A DNA stretch of 64,000 bases, taken from Kiritimatiellia bacterium (GTDB taxonomy: Bacteria; Verrucomicrobiota; Kiritimatiellia; CAIQIC01; Lenti-01). Location: contig JAXGNL010000003.1 of the NCBI GenBank assembly GCA_040768005.1, positions 4,249-68,248 on the forward strand. The letters are read 5' to 3'. Below are positions 17,239 through 26,742 of this stretch, one piece after another. The notes below the pieces were generated by a model. That model did no database searches. It was given only the letters and a program-made list of their open reading frames with translations, and had not been told where the DNA came from. Position 1 is the stretch's first letter; each line of letters begins with the position of its first letter. Both the position numbers and the translations under genes were made by a program.

Positions 17239-20200
17239 ATGAACCCATGCCCCTCCCCCCTTCGTTGCCTTGCCCTGCTGGCCGTTTTGTGTTTCTGCCT
17301 GGCGCCCGCCGTCCGCGCCCAGGATCCCCGCGGCTTCCATGGACGCTGGAACGATTGGAACCACGAACCCATGACCCTCGACCGCGGCGCCTGGCGCGTC
17401 ACCATGCAGGCTGTCGCCGCAGACGACAACGACTTTAAAATCGCCGAAACAGATTGGACCTATGAGTGGACCCACAACGGCTCCTTGCTCCTCGGCGAAG
17501 CCGGCACCGCATACACCTCGGGAGACAACACCGCAATCGAGGCCGTGCCCGGCCGCTGGTACACGATCGCGATGGACAACGTGAACAGCGGTGTCCAAGG
17601 CCGGATGATCGTGCAGGAAACCCAAGCCGAACCCGTCGGAATCGTTTCCGTTGATTCCGCCGTGGCCGAGAGCAATGCCGTCGTGACCCTCGCCACCTCC
17701 GCGGCACCGGGCCCCGGCGAACGCCTGTTCGTCCGCTACACCTTCCATAACTGGACATCCTCGGCATTCGCCGAAGCTTCCGGCGCCGGCACCAACTGGA
17801 CCGCGGAAATCCCGCACGCGCCCGAAAACGCCGGCCGGACCTGCGCGTTTTACGCCCTGTCCTCCACCGTCACGAACCCCGGCCACGCCAACGCCGATCT
17901 CCAAACCCTCCGCTGGAACGACAACGCCGGCGCCGGCTACTCCTACCTCGTCCCGGGCGAGCCGCCGCCCGCCCGGCTTTATATTAATGAAGTGCTCTCC
18001 TCCAACGACTCCAGCGAGCAGGACGAGGACGGCGACTACTCGGACTGGCTCGAAATCTGGAATGACAGCGCCACCGCCGTGAATCTCGACGGCTGGGGTC
18101 TCTCCGACAGCGACTCCAACCCGTTCAAGTGGACGTTCGGCGACGTCACCATCCAGGCCGGCGAATTTCTCGTCGTCTGGGCTTCGAGCAAAAACCGCCC
18201 GGCCGTCACCAACGGCAACCAGCTCCACGCCGGCTTTTCCATCAGCGCCGGCGGCGAGGAACTGCTCCTGACACAGCCGGACGGCACCCTCATGGACCGC
18301 TTCGAGCCCGTCGCCATCCCCACCGATTTCTCCTACGGCCGGCAGCCGGATGGCACCGGCCCATGGAAATACTTCACCGACCACACACCCGGCGCCCCCA
18401 ACACCACCACCGGCTACACCGCCATCCTGGAGCCGCCCGTGTATTCCATTTCCGGCGGATTCTTCACCACCAATGTCGAGGTGACGCTCTCCACCTCCCA
18501 GACCGGCGCCGTCATCCGCTACACCCTCGACGGCTCCGAACCCACCGAGTCCTCTCCCGTCTTTACCAACGCCCTCGTCCTCGGCAGCAAGGCCGGCACG
18601 CCCAATGACCTGTCGGTAATCCCGACCAATTTCGAACCGACGGGCCCCGATTACTACGAAGGCTGGCAGCCGCCCGACGGCGAGGTGTTCAAGTTCCACG
18701 TCCTGCGCGCCCGCACCTTCCAGGAAGGCGCCCTCCCCAGCCCCGCTGTCACCCGGTCCTATCTCGTCGATGCCGCCGGAACCAACCGCTATTCGCTGCC
18801 CGTCGTCTCCATCGCCACCGACGCCGCCAACCTGTTCGACGACGACATCGGCATCTATACCCCCGTCAACGACAACATGCTGCAATCCGGCAGCGACTGG
18901 GAGCGGCCGGGCACCATCGAATTCTTCGAGCCCGGCGGCGCGCTCGCCTTCGACGGCCCCATCGGCATCCGCCTCCACGGCAACACCACCCGCAACCGCC
19001 CCCGCAAGGCCCTGCGCATCTATGCCCGCGGCTCCGGCCCCTTCGAATACCAGATCTTTCCCGATAAACCCGTCGCCGAATTCGACACCTTCATCCTCCG
19101 CAACGGCGGCAATGACTGGGGCAACGGCGTCATCCGCGACCTCTTCCTGCAGTCGCTCGCCGAAAATGCCCGCCTCGACCGCCAGTTCGGCCGCCCCGTC
19201 CTCGTCTTCCTCAACGGCGAATACTGGGGCCTCCATGACCTGCGCGACCGCTTCGACGACGGCTATATCCTCCACCACTACGACCTCGACGAAGATGAAT
19301 TCGTCCAGGTGGAACTGGACCGCGAAACCGCCACCCCCAACATCCCCGTGTACGACGACGGCAACGAAGCCCTCGGCGGCGATTACGCCGGCCTCTGGGA
19401 GTTCATGCGGACCAATGACCTTTCCACCTCCGACGCCTATGCCGCCGTCGCCGACCGCCTCGATACCGGCAGCTTCATGGATTTCTTCCAGGCCAACATC
19501 TTCTTCGGCAACACCGATTGGCCCGGCAACAATCTCCGCGCCTGGCGCTCCGTCGAAACCAACCGAACCGAGGACGCCCCCGCCTTCCTCGACGCCCGCT
19601 GGCGCTACATGCTCTACGACGCCGATTTCGGCTTCGGCCTGGATTTCGTCTATGTCCCCGGCAGTTCCAATTATGTTTTCCAACCCGGCCAGACCGATTT
19701 CGGCACGTTCGCCCGGCACGATACCCTCGCCTTCGCCGCCAACGACACTTCCGAGGGGGCCTACTGGTCCAACGAACCGGACGGCACGCTGATGTTCCGT
19801 CGCCTCCTCGACAATGACGGATTCCGCCGGGACTTTGTCATCCGCTTCTGCGACCAGCTCAACACCGCCTACTCCCGCGCCCACGTCACCAACCGCTGGA
19901 CCCAGTGGGTCGCCCTCCTCGCCCCGGAAATGCCCGAACACGCCGCCCGCTGGCGCCAGCCGACCAACTGGACCAGCGAATGCGACCGCATCCGCGCCTA
20001 TGGCGAACAGCGTACCGCCGCCGTGCTGGGACCACATCCAGCGATTTCTTCGATCTCTGGCTGCCCCCGTGAACCTGACGATTGCCGTCTCCAACCCCGC
20101 CGCCGGCTTCGTCCGTCGTCAACACCCTCGACCTCGACGCGGACACCGCCGGCTTCACCGGCTACCCCTGGACCGGCGCCTATTTCACCAACTATCCGGT

Positions 20201-20292
20201 CGCCCTCACCGCCGTCGAACGCACCGGCTACCAGTTTATCGCCTGGTTCAAGAATGCAGAAGTCTTCAGCTCCGATCCCTCGATTGAGCTGA
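17239..20292 (+). CDS. secreted CotH-kinase-family protein with lamin-tail (LTD) domain; reading frame probably disrupted near 20025
   Basis: Signal peptide MNPCPSPLRCLALLAVLCFCLAPAVRA. LTD-like LYINEVLSSND...DWLEIWNDSATAVNLDGWGLSD. CotH core IRLHGNTTRNRPRKALRIYAR...FILRNGGNDW...VFLNGEYWGLHDLRDR. The last ~85 aa are Pro/Arg/Ser junk. Confidence 0.8.
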   Translation: MNPCPSPLRCLALLAVLCFCLAPAVRAQDPRGFHGRWNDWNHEPMTLDRGAWRVTMQAVAADDNDFKIAETDWTYEWTHNGSLLLGEAGTAYTSGDNTAIEAVPGRWYTIAMDNVNSGVQGRMIVQETQAEPVGIVSVDSAVAESNAVVTLATSAAPGPGERLFVRYTFHNWTSSAFAEASGAGTNWTAEIPHAPENAGRTCAFYALSSTVTNPGHANADLQTLRWNDNAGAGYSYLVPGEPPPARLYINEVLSSNDSSEQDEDGDYSDWLEIWNDSATAVNLDGWGLSDSDSNPFKWTFGDVTIQAGEFLVVWASSKNRPAVTNGNQLHAGFSISAGGEELLLTQPDGTLMDRFEPVAIPTDFSYGRQPDGTGPWKYFTDHTPGAPNTTTGYTAILEPPVYSISGGFFTTNVEVTLSTSQTGAVIRYTLDGSEPTESSPVFTNALVLGSKAGTPNDLSVIPTNFEPTGPDYYEGWQPPDGEVFKFHVLRARTFQEGALPSPAVTRSYLVDAAGTNRYSLPVVSIATDAANLFDDDIGIYTPVNDNMLQSGSDWERPGTIEFFEPGGALAFDGPIGIRLHGNTTRNRPRKALRIYARGSGPFEYQIFPDKPVAEFDTFILRNGGNDWGNGVIRDLFLQSLAENARLDRQFGRPVLVFLNGEYWGLHDLRDRFDDGYILHHYDLDEDEFVQVELDRETATPNIPVYDDGNEALGGDYAGLWEFMRTNDLSTSDAYAAVADRLDTGSFMDFFQANIFFGNTDWPGNNLRAWRSVETNRTEDAPAFLDARWRYMLYDADFGFGLDFVYVPGSSNYVFQPGQTDFGTFARHDTLAFAANDTSEGAYWSNEPDGTLMFRRLLDNDGFRRDFVIRFCDQLNTAYSRAHVTNRWTQWVALLAPEMPEHAARWRQPTNWTSECDRIRAYGEQRTAAVLGPHPAISSISGCPREPDDCRLQPRRRLRPSSTPSTSTRTPPASPATPGPAPISPTIRSPSPPSNAPATSLSPGSRMQKSSAPIPRLS

Positions 20293-21668
20293 TCCTGACG
20301 AATGCCGCCCAATTCGAGGCTGTTTTCGCCGAAAATCTTCCGCCCCAGATCGTCGCCCCCGGCATTGTGTTTCAACAGTTGATCGAAGGCACTGCTCCCG
20401 TCCAGTTTGACCTCGACAGCATCTTCTTCGACCCCGAAGGCGCCCCCCTGACCTTTGACGCCTCAACCGGCGACTCCAACCTCGTGGCCGTCGCCGTCCC
20501 GGATTCCACCTTGTCGGTCACCCCGCTGCGGCGCGGCGAAGCAACTGTCACCGTCACCGCTTCCGATGGCACCACAACCGCTGATCTGTCCTTCCGCGTC
20601 CTGGTCCACCCCGCGCCCCATGTCCTCCAAAACGGCGCCTTCACCTTCGGCGAATGGGATCCCGAGCTTCCCGAAAAAACCTACCCCGAACACATGCTGT
20701 TCCTGCAAAGCGACCGGGACGATCCCGGAATCAACACGCCGCTGCCGTACGCCTACTATATCGCCCACGACGACTACCATGCCGACGACGCCGACAAGAT
20801 CGGCTTCCCGTACAAACTGACCGGCCGGACCCGCCTCAACGGACTCGGCCCCGACGGCATCGCCTTCATCAATACCGGCCGCGGCCGCGATCTCGGCGGC
20901 GCCCTCCTCGCGCTCGATACCCGCGGCGTGACAAATGCGCCGGTCACCTGGATCGGCGGCACCGTCCTGCCCAATTCCCGCCTCTACGCCATCCGGCTTC
21001 AATACCGCACCGGCCTGGAGAGCGAATTCGCCGACCTGACCGATGGCGGCGGCCAGCCGGTCGAATATCTGCGCAACGAGACCGCCGGCCACGCCCGGCC
21101 GTTCGCTCCGGTCCTCCTCCCGAACGAAGCCCTCGGACAGGAATACGTCCAGCTCCTCTGGCGCTACTACTGGACAGACCCGGAGGGGCTGACCGGCTCC
21201 CGCGCCCAGCTCCGCCTGGACGACATCCGCGTGGACAACCGCCTCGCCGGCTTCTCCGCCTGGCAGCTGGATCAATTCTCCCCCGCCGAACTCGCCGACC
21301 CAGCCGTCAGCGGCCCCCTCGCCGATCCCGCCGAAACCGGCGCCCCCAACCTCCTTCGCTACGCCTATGGACTCGGCCGCACCGGCGATGCCGACGCCGC
21401 CCGCCCCTCCGCCCATGTACAGGACAACGTCCGCACTTTCCGCCATCGCGCCTTGATCCACCCCGAAAGCGGCCTCGCCTACTCCATCGAATCCGCCACT
21501 GACCTCTTTCTCCAGGACTGGACGGCTGCCGAAATCGGCCGCGACCTCATTTTTCGCAGTTCCACTTTCAACGGCGACGGCCTCACCGCTACCGTCGAAT
21601 ACGAACTGTCCAACGACTATCTCTCGCCCCCCCGCCACCTCCGCCTCAAAATCACCCTGACTGAATAA
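20082..21668 (+). CDS. probable C-terminal continuation of the CotH-family gene (B-repeat-like and Ig-like domains)
   Basis: The real coding appears to begin near VVNTLDLDADTAGFTGYPWTGAYFTNYPVALTAVERTGYQFIAWF. Overlaps the previous ORF by 210 nt in another frame. Confidence 0.6.
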   Translation: MPSPTPPPASSVVNTLDLDADTAGFTGYPWTGAYFTNYPVALTAVERTGYQFIAWFKNAEVFSSDPSIELILTNAAQFEAVFAENLPPQIVAPGIVFQQLIEGTAPVQFDLDSIFFDPEGAPLTFDASTGDSNLVAVAVPDSTLSVTPLRRGEATVTVTASDGTTTADLSFRVLVHPAPHVLQNGAFTFGEWDPELPEKTYPEHMLFLQSDRDDPGINTPLPYAYYIAHDDYHADDADKIGFPYKLTGRTRLNGLGPDGIAFINTGRGRDLGGALLALDTRGVTNAPVTWIGGTVLPNSRLYAIRLQYRTGLESEFADLTDGGGQPVEYLRNETAGHARPFAPVLLPNEALGQEYVQLLWRYYWTDPEGLTGSRAQLRLDDIRVDNRLAGFSAWQLDQFSPAELADPAVSGPLADPAETGAPNLLRYAYGLGRTGDADAARPSAHVQDNVRTFRHRALIHPESGLAYSIESATDLFLQDWTAAEIGRDLIFRSSTFNGDGLTATVEYELSNDYLSPPRHLRLKITLTE

Positions 21669-21693
21669 CGGCCCGGCGGCTTCCCCCTACTGA

Positions 21694-22995
21694 TTACAGC
21701 TCGAACACGAAATCCTCGGCCTTGTGCCGATCACGCCGCTCGTCGCAGTCCCTGTCCGATTCCTCGATTCGCATCGAGCCCCCTTCGTCTGTCAGGTTCT
21801 TCCCCACGGCCCAGACGATCTCTTTCTCCGCCGAATAGCGGAACGGCTCGCCGTCGTACGGATCCCGGGGTACGCCGTCCAAATAATCCGGCACCAGCTC
21901 CGCCAAGGTCTCCGGCCAGCGCCCCCGGTCCCGTTGGAACCGGTTGCCGGCCACGGCCAGCTTTGCGCCCGCTACCAACGCTTCCTTCCGGCATTGGACT
22001 TCCAGAAGATGATTCAGCGCCGGCATCAGGAGAGCCCGCAGCAGTTCCCCGATCGAATTCGGACGATGCCATTTGTCCACGGGCGACCAGCATTCCAGCT
22101 CCGGCCCCGCCTCGCGCAGCGGCAAAGCCGCCCGGCGAATCAGCTCCCCATAACTCTCCGCGAACATCGCCTTGGTCCGGTTCGGCTGGAAACAGTAATT
22201 CCAGCCCGCCAGGGTTCCGATCACCCCGCTGAACCACGAATCATCCTCCAGCCACAAAGCGCCGTTCATCATGTCCCGGGGCGAAGCGGCAATCCGGTCG
22301 ATCATCTTCGACGCCCCGGCATATTCCGCCTGAAGCGCCAGCACCAATCCCCGCTTGAACGGCCCCACCTCTTCCAGCCCTTCCGCCAGGCGATCCAGCA
22401 CATCCGTCGGGACCGCGGAGTCCTGCGCCAGGGCCAGCATCTCCTGCACACCCATGTCCAGGATGGCGATCCCAACCAGATAGTTGATCAGGCACGCCGC
22501 GTCCTGCTGGATCAGGTTCCCCATCTTCGCGGCCGTCAGGCTGGCCTCCAGGGCATCTCCCAGGCGCCCTTCCGTCCGCGCCAGATACGCCTGCACTTCC
22601 AGCACCCGTCCGATTTTCAACCAGGGGCTGATGTACGGAACCAATGTCTCGAAATCCTCGACCGGCGGCGTGATGCAGGCGTTGCACTCCGTTCCCTGCC
22701 GCACCAGGACCAGGGCCGCCGCGTTGGCCGCAATCTGGCTTCGGACCTCCTCCACGTCCACCGGCTTGCCGGCCCGGTACTCGCTCAGCAAGGTCGAATT
22801 CGTCGATTCCACCAGGAGGTTCGTCGCCTGCAGAAACAGCGTGTAGGCATTGGCCTCCGGCGCCACCTCTGTGCGCTCCGCCCCGTAATCCGGGACCTCC
22901 GGCGCGGAGCCGTCCCATGGCCCGTATTTCAACACCCCCCACACCAGCGCCCAAAACGCCGCCACCCCCGCCAGCCCGATCCAAAACCTCTTCAT
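21694..22995 (-). CDS. hypothetical membrane-anchored protein
   Basis: 433 aa. N-terminal TM segment MKRFWIGLAGVAAFWALVWGVL, helical-repeat-looking body, no motif recognised. Confidence 0.6.
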   Translation of the reverse strand: MKRFWIGLAGVAAFWALVWGVLKYGPWDGSAPEVPDYGAERTEVAPEANAYTLFLQATNLLVESTNSTLLSEYRAGKPVDVEEVRSQIAANAAALVLVRQGTECNACITPPVEDFETLVPYISPWLKIGRVLEVQAYLARTEGRLGDALEASLTAAKMGNLIQQDAACLINYLVGIAILDMGVQEMLALAQDSAVPTDVLDRLAEGLEEVGPFKRGLVLALQAEYAGASKMIDRIAASPRDMMNGALWLEDDSWFSGVIGTLAGWNYCFQPNRTKAMFAESYGELIRRAALPLREAGPELECWSPVDKWHRPNSIGELLRALLMPALNHLLEVQCRKEALVAGAKLAVAGNRFQRDRGRWPETLAELVPDYLDGVPRDPYDGEPFRYSAEKEIVWAVGKNLTDEGGSMRIEESDRDCDERRDRHKAEDFVFEL

Positions 22996-23115
22996 GTCAT
23001 CAGCCTAGCACCCGCCGCTTCCCGCGGCAACACCACCCGCCGCCAGGCCACTCCCGGCTCCGCCCCGCGATCCCGGTCTCCCTCGGGCCGGCCCCGCGGG
23101 TGAATCAGCTTCGCC

Positions 23116-23874
23116 TCACGGCAGCCAGCGCAGGCCAACCACCACTTCCTGGCGAAGCTCCGGCAATCCATCCTGCGCCAGCGGCAGGCGCAATCCGACC
23201 TCGGCAGCCCAGTTGCGGGCTTCATACAGAAGGCCTGTGACCGCATCGGATCGCAAGTCGCCGCCTGTAGTGACTTCGTTCAGCCACTCCGCCACGGCAT
23301 ACCATGCCCCGCGGCTGTCAACGGCGTATGTCGCCGGCGCCAGCCGGTACAGATAGGAACCATTCAGCCGGAATCGATCGTCTTCTCCGGTCCGCCCTGT
23401 CCAATCTATCTGCCCGTTCAATCCGTGCCGCCCCAGGATCGCCGTGGTCGCCACTCCCAGGCGCGGCGATACATGCGCCGCCTCGCGTACCATTTCGTCC
23501 CCGGGCAGATCGGCACCCGCCAACACCGACGCCCGCCAGGTATCCAGCGGCCCCAGGTCCCGCCGGAGAAACCGCTGCTTCAGCAACAGCCCGGCGCGAA
23601 CGAACCCGGAATCGGTCTCGCCGCCCCCTTCCCGGCGCGCCCACTCCGATTCCACCACCAGAGCGGTCGACGACCGCAGGCCATGCGCCAGCTTCAGCCC
23701 CATGGACTGCCGGCGGGTCTCCGGCCCGGGATCGTCATACTCCGCCGCATAACCCAACACGCGCACATAAGACTGCCCCTGCGCCGGATGCGTCGCCGCA
23801 TCCATGTAGGCCGGCTCCTGCGCCGCCGCCAGACCGGCCGCGCACCAGACCGCCGCTGCCCACCCTGTCCTCAT
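23116..23874 (-). CDS. putative outer-membrane beta-barrel protein of the metal operon
   Basis: ORF 23116..24060 trimmed to MRTGWAAAVWCAAGLAAAQEP (signal peptide). Alternating-residue strands. ATGA overlap with the upstream HMA gene. Confidence 0.4.
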   Translation of the reverse strand: MRTGWAAAVWCAAGLAAAQEPAYMDAATHPAQGQSYVRVLGYAAEYDDPGPETRRQSMGLKLAHGLRSSTALVVESEWARREGGGETDSGFVRAGLLLKQRFLRRDLGPLDTWRASVLAGADLPGDEMVREAAHVSPRLGVATTAILGRHGLNGQIDWTGRTGEDDRFRLNGSYLYRLAPATYAVDSRGAWYAVAEWLNEVTTGGDLRSDAVTGLLYEARNWAAEVGLRLPLAQDGLPELRQEVVVGLRWLP

Positions 23875-24206
23875 GGCGAAGCCGCGGACCGGACATCCTT
23901 CAATGTGAATCCGGCCTGCTCCACGGCGTTGAGCCACTGCCACCGCGACACCGAACGGCCCTCGGCCAGCCGGACGGATACCGCGCCCGTGTTCAGGTCG
24001 ATCTCCACCTGCTCCACCCCCGGGATGCGCTTCAACTGCCCGGTCAGGTTGTTCGAACACAGCGGACAGCTCAGCCCGTATACGGTCAGAACAACTGTGC
24101 TTGCATCGGTCTGTGGGGGGGCGGGGGGTCCTCCTTCCGGTTCCTCTGCCCGGAGCTTCACGCCCCCCGCCAGAAGAAGAACGACGATGATCAGGATTGT
24201 CTTCAT
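23871..24206 (-). CDS. secreted heavy-metal-associated (HMA) domain protein
   Basis: ORF 23871..24332 trimmed to MKTILIIVVLLLAGG... VYGLSCPLCSNNLTGQLKRIPGVEQVEI is an HMA fold with CxxC. Confidence 0.75.
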   Translation of the reverse strand: MKTILIIVVLLLAGGVKLRAEEPEGGPPAPPQTDASTVVLTVYGLSCPLCSNNLTGQLKRIPGVEQVEIDLNTGAVSVRLAEGRSVSRWQWLNAVEQAGFTLKDVRSAASP

Positions 24207-24241
24207 TCTTTTCTCCTCTCGCGCCAGGGTTGGATCTCTTC

Positions 24242-24526
24242 TCAATATTGCTTCTTCATCACCCGCAGCAGCTCGTCCATCTTGACGTCCGCTTCCCTGG
24301 ACGAACCGGATGTGAACGCATGGCGCACACAATGGGCCATGTGCTTCCGGAGAATCCGCAGTTCAACCGCCCGCAGCGCGGACCGCGCGGCCTGGATTTG
24401 CGTGAGGATATCAATGCAGTATTGCTTTTCTTCGACCATCCGCTGGATGCCTTGCACCTGGCCGGCAATGCGCCGGAGCCGCGGAAGCGTCTCTTCGTGC
24501 GTCGGGTTTTGAACGGTTGCTTTCAT
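24242..24526 (-). CDS. csoR: CsoR/RcnR-family metal-sensing repressor
   Basis: 94 aa. RLRRIAGQVQGIQRMVEEKQYCIDILTQIQAARSAL...HMAHC gives the C-H-C ligand pattern. Confidence 0.85.
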   Translation of the reverse strand: MKATVQNPTHEETLPRLRRIAGQVQGIQRMVEEKQYCIDILTQIQAARSALRAVELRILRKHMAHCVRHAFTSGSSREADVKMDELLRVMKKQY

Positions 24527-24533
24527 ATTCCCA

Positions 24534-24554
24534 ATATACCTCCATGGGGTATAT
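24534..24554. promoter_or_regulatory. candidate CsoR operator overlapping a near-leaderless promoter
   Basis: ATATACCtCCATGGgGTATAT is a near-perfect 21-bp palindrome of the ATACC..GGTAT type, 8 nt upstream of the csoR ATG. It sits between TTGCAC (-35) and TATATT (-10) on the minus strand. Confidence 0.6.
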
Positions 24555-24595
24555 GTGCAACCGCCCCCCCCCGGGATCAGCCCTTGCCTGTTGAA

Positions 24596-25084
24596 TCACG
24601 CATCCGGTTTCAACTCGCCGTGTTCGGCCAAATGCAGCACGAAATCCCCCAGCGCCTGCGCCAGTTCATCGCGCGTCTTCCGGTACACATCCAGCGAACC
24701 GCCGACCGGATCCGCCACATCCCCCGCCGGCGCCGCCCCGAAACCATGCACGAGGGAGGTCTTCTGTTCCGCTTCCGGAAAACGCCGCGCAATCTCCCGC
24801 CGGTGCCCCTCTGTCATCGCCAGAATCATGTCGGCCCCGTCCACCAGCGTTTTCGTCAGCCCCCGGCTTCGATGTCCGGCAATGTCCACCCCCGCCTCCC
24901 GCATCGCCTCCACCGCCTCCGGCGACGCCGGACTGCCGTCCCACGCCGCCACCCCCGCCGATTCCGCCATCCAGCCTTTTCCCGCCAGCTTGGCGTTCAG
25001 CCACCCCTCCGCCATCGGACTCCGGCATGTGTTCCCCGTGCACACCACCAGCACTTTCCTGGGAATCTGGCTTCCTTCCGCCAT
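24596..25084 (-). CDS. low-molecular-weight protein phosphatase / ArsC-like
   Basis: VLVVCTGNTCRSPMAEGW carries the CX5R(S) P-loop. Confidence 0.85.
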   Translation of the reverse strand: MAEGSQIPRKVLVVCTGNTCRSPMAEGWLNAKLAGKGWMAESAGVAAWDGSPASPEAVEAMREAGVDIAGHRSRGLTKTLVDGADMILAMTEGHRREIARRFPEAEQKTSLVHGFGAAPAGDVADPVGGSLDVYRKTRDELAQALGDFVLHLAEHGELKPDA

Positions 25085-25117
25085 TCTTAATTCTTCATTC
25101 TTAATTGTTCATTGGTT

Positions 25118-26683
25118 TTAATAGGCTTTGGCCATTAAAACCCGCTGTGCGCTCGGCCGGCCCGTCAGAATGCACGTCCCCGGCCCGCGCCCCGCCTCCG
25201 GAATCTGGTCCTCGAACGGCAGGCACCGGATGCTGGTTTCAAACCGCTTGGCCATCGTGTCCTCGTCCTCGCGCGTCCCCGCCCAGTGGACCCACGCAAA
25301 GCCCCCGCCCTCGCCCTTGAAGAACGCCTCGAAGTCCTCGATCGTGTCGATGATCCGCGTCTTCTTCTCGCGCATGATCCGCGCCCGCTCCAGCAGATCC
25401 TTCTGCAGCGTCTCCATCAGCGCCGGCATGCCGGCAATCGCCTCCGCCCGCGCAATGAACTGCTTCTTGCGCTTGCGCTGCTCCTGCTCCGTCTCGCCGT
25501 CCTGCTCGATCACAAACCGCCGCACCACGCACAGCGAACCCTTTTCGAGGTCGCGCGGGCCGATCTCGATCCGCACCGGCACCCCCTTGCGCTCCCACTC
25601 GTAATACTTCGCGCCCGGCTGCATCCCCTCGCGGTCGTCCACCTTCACCGTCCAGCCCTGCGCCCGCAGCTCCTCCGCCACCGCCCGCGCTTCCGCCGTC
25701 GTCCGCTCCTGCTCCTCCGGCGTCTTGTAGATCGGAACGATCACCACATGGATCGGCGCCAGCTTCGGCGGCAGAATCAGCCCGTTGTCATCCGAATGCG
25801 TCATGATCAGCGCCCCCACCAGCCGCGTCGACACCCCCCAGCTCGTCGCGTGCACGTATTCTAACACGCCGTCCTTGTTCAGGAACTTGACGTCCGCGCT
25901 CTTCGCGAAATTCTGCCCGAGGTAGTGGCTCGTGCCCATCTGCAGCGCCTTGCCGTCCTGCATCATCCCCTCGATGCACTGCGTATCCACCGCCCCCGCG
26001 AACCGCTCGCCCTCCGTCTTGTGGCCGCGCACCACCGGCACGCCCATCACGTTCTCCGCCACGTCGGCATAGACCGCCAGCATCTTCGCGACTTCCTCGC
26101 GCGCCTCGGCCTCCGTCGCGTGCGCCGTGTGCCCCTCCTGCCACAGGAACTCCGCCGTGCGCAGGAACAACCGCGTGCGCATCTCCCAGCGCACCACGTT
26201 CGCCCACTGGTTGATCAGCAGCGGCAGGTCGCGGTAGCTCTGGATCCAGTTGCGGTACTGCTCCCAGATGATCGTCTCGCTCGTCGGCCGCACCACCAGC
26301 GGCTCCTCCAGCTTCGACTCCGGATCCACCCCCACCTTGCCGTCGATTGACTTCAGCCGGTAGTGCGTCACCACCGCGCACTCCTTCGCAAAGCCCGCCG
26401 CGTGCTCCTCCTCCTTCGCCAGCAGCGAAAGCGGAATGAAGAGCGGAAAGTACGCATTCACGTGCCCCGTCGCCTTGAACCGGTCATCCAGTTCCCGCTG
26501 CAGCTTCTCCCAGATCGTGTACCCGTGCGGCTTGATCACCATGCACCCGCGCACCGACGAATGGTCCGCCAGCTCCGCCCGCTTCACGATGTCCAGATAC
26601 CACTGCCCGTAGTCCACCGCCCGCGGCGTGATCCCGTCCGATGCCGTCGCCGGCGGCTGCTTCTGATTCTGCGGATTGCTCAT
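25118..26683 (-). CDS. proS: proline-tRNA ligase (archaeal/eukaryote-like type)
   Basis: The ORF 25118..26689 start is TTG; the ATG at 26683 is more likely. Class II aaRS motifs and ProRS-like length (~520 aa). Confidence 0.9.
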   Translation of the reverse strand: MSNPQNQKQPPATASDGITPRAVDYGQWYLDIVKRAELADHSSVRGCMVIKPHGYTIWEKLQRELDDRFKATGHVNAYFPLFIPLSLLAKEEEHAAGFAKECAVVTHYRLKSIDGKVGVDPESKLEEPLVVRPTSETIIWEQYRNWIQSYRDLPLLINQWANVVRWEMRTRLFLRTAEFLWQEGHTAHATEAEAREEVAKMLAVYADVAENVMGVPVVRGHKTEGERFAGAVDTQCIEGMMQDGKALQMGTSHYLGQNFAKSADVKFLNKDGVLEYVHATSWGVSTRLVGALIMTHSDDNGLILPPKLAPIHVVIVPIYKTPEEQERTTAEARAVAEELRAQGWTVKVDDREGMQPGAKYYEWERKGVPVRIEIGPRDLEKGSLCVVRRFVIEQDGETEQEQRKRKKQFIARAEAIAGMPALMETLQKDLLERARIMREKKTRIIDTIEDFEAFFKGEGGGFAWVHWAGTREDEDTMAKRFETSIRCLPFEDQIPEAGRGPGTCILTGRPSAQRVLMAKAY

Positions 26684-26698
26684 ATTCAAATCCTTTCA

Positions 26699-26737
26699 AC
26701 GCAAGAGTCGCAAACGACGCAAGAGAATCGCAAACGC
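26699..26737. repeat. two short direct units inverted relative to the 27121..27300 repeats
   Basis: CGCAAGAGTCGCAAACGA plus CGCAAGAGAATCGCAAACGCC. The reverse complement resembles GGCGTTTGCGTTCCTTTTG(T/C)GC on the other side of the GxxExxY gene. Confidence 0.5.
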
Positions 26738-26742
26738 CGATC

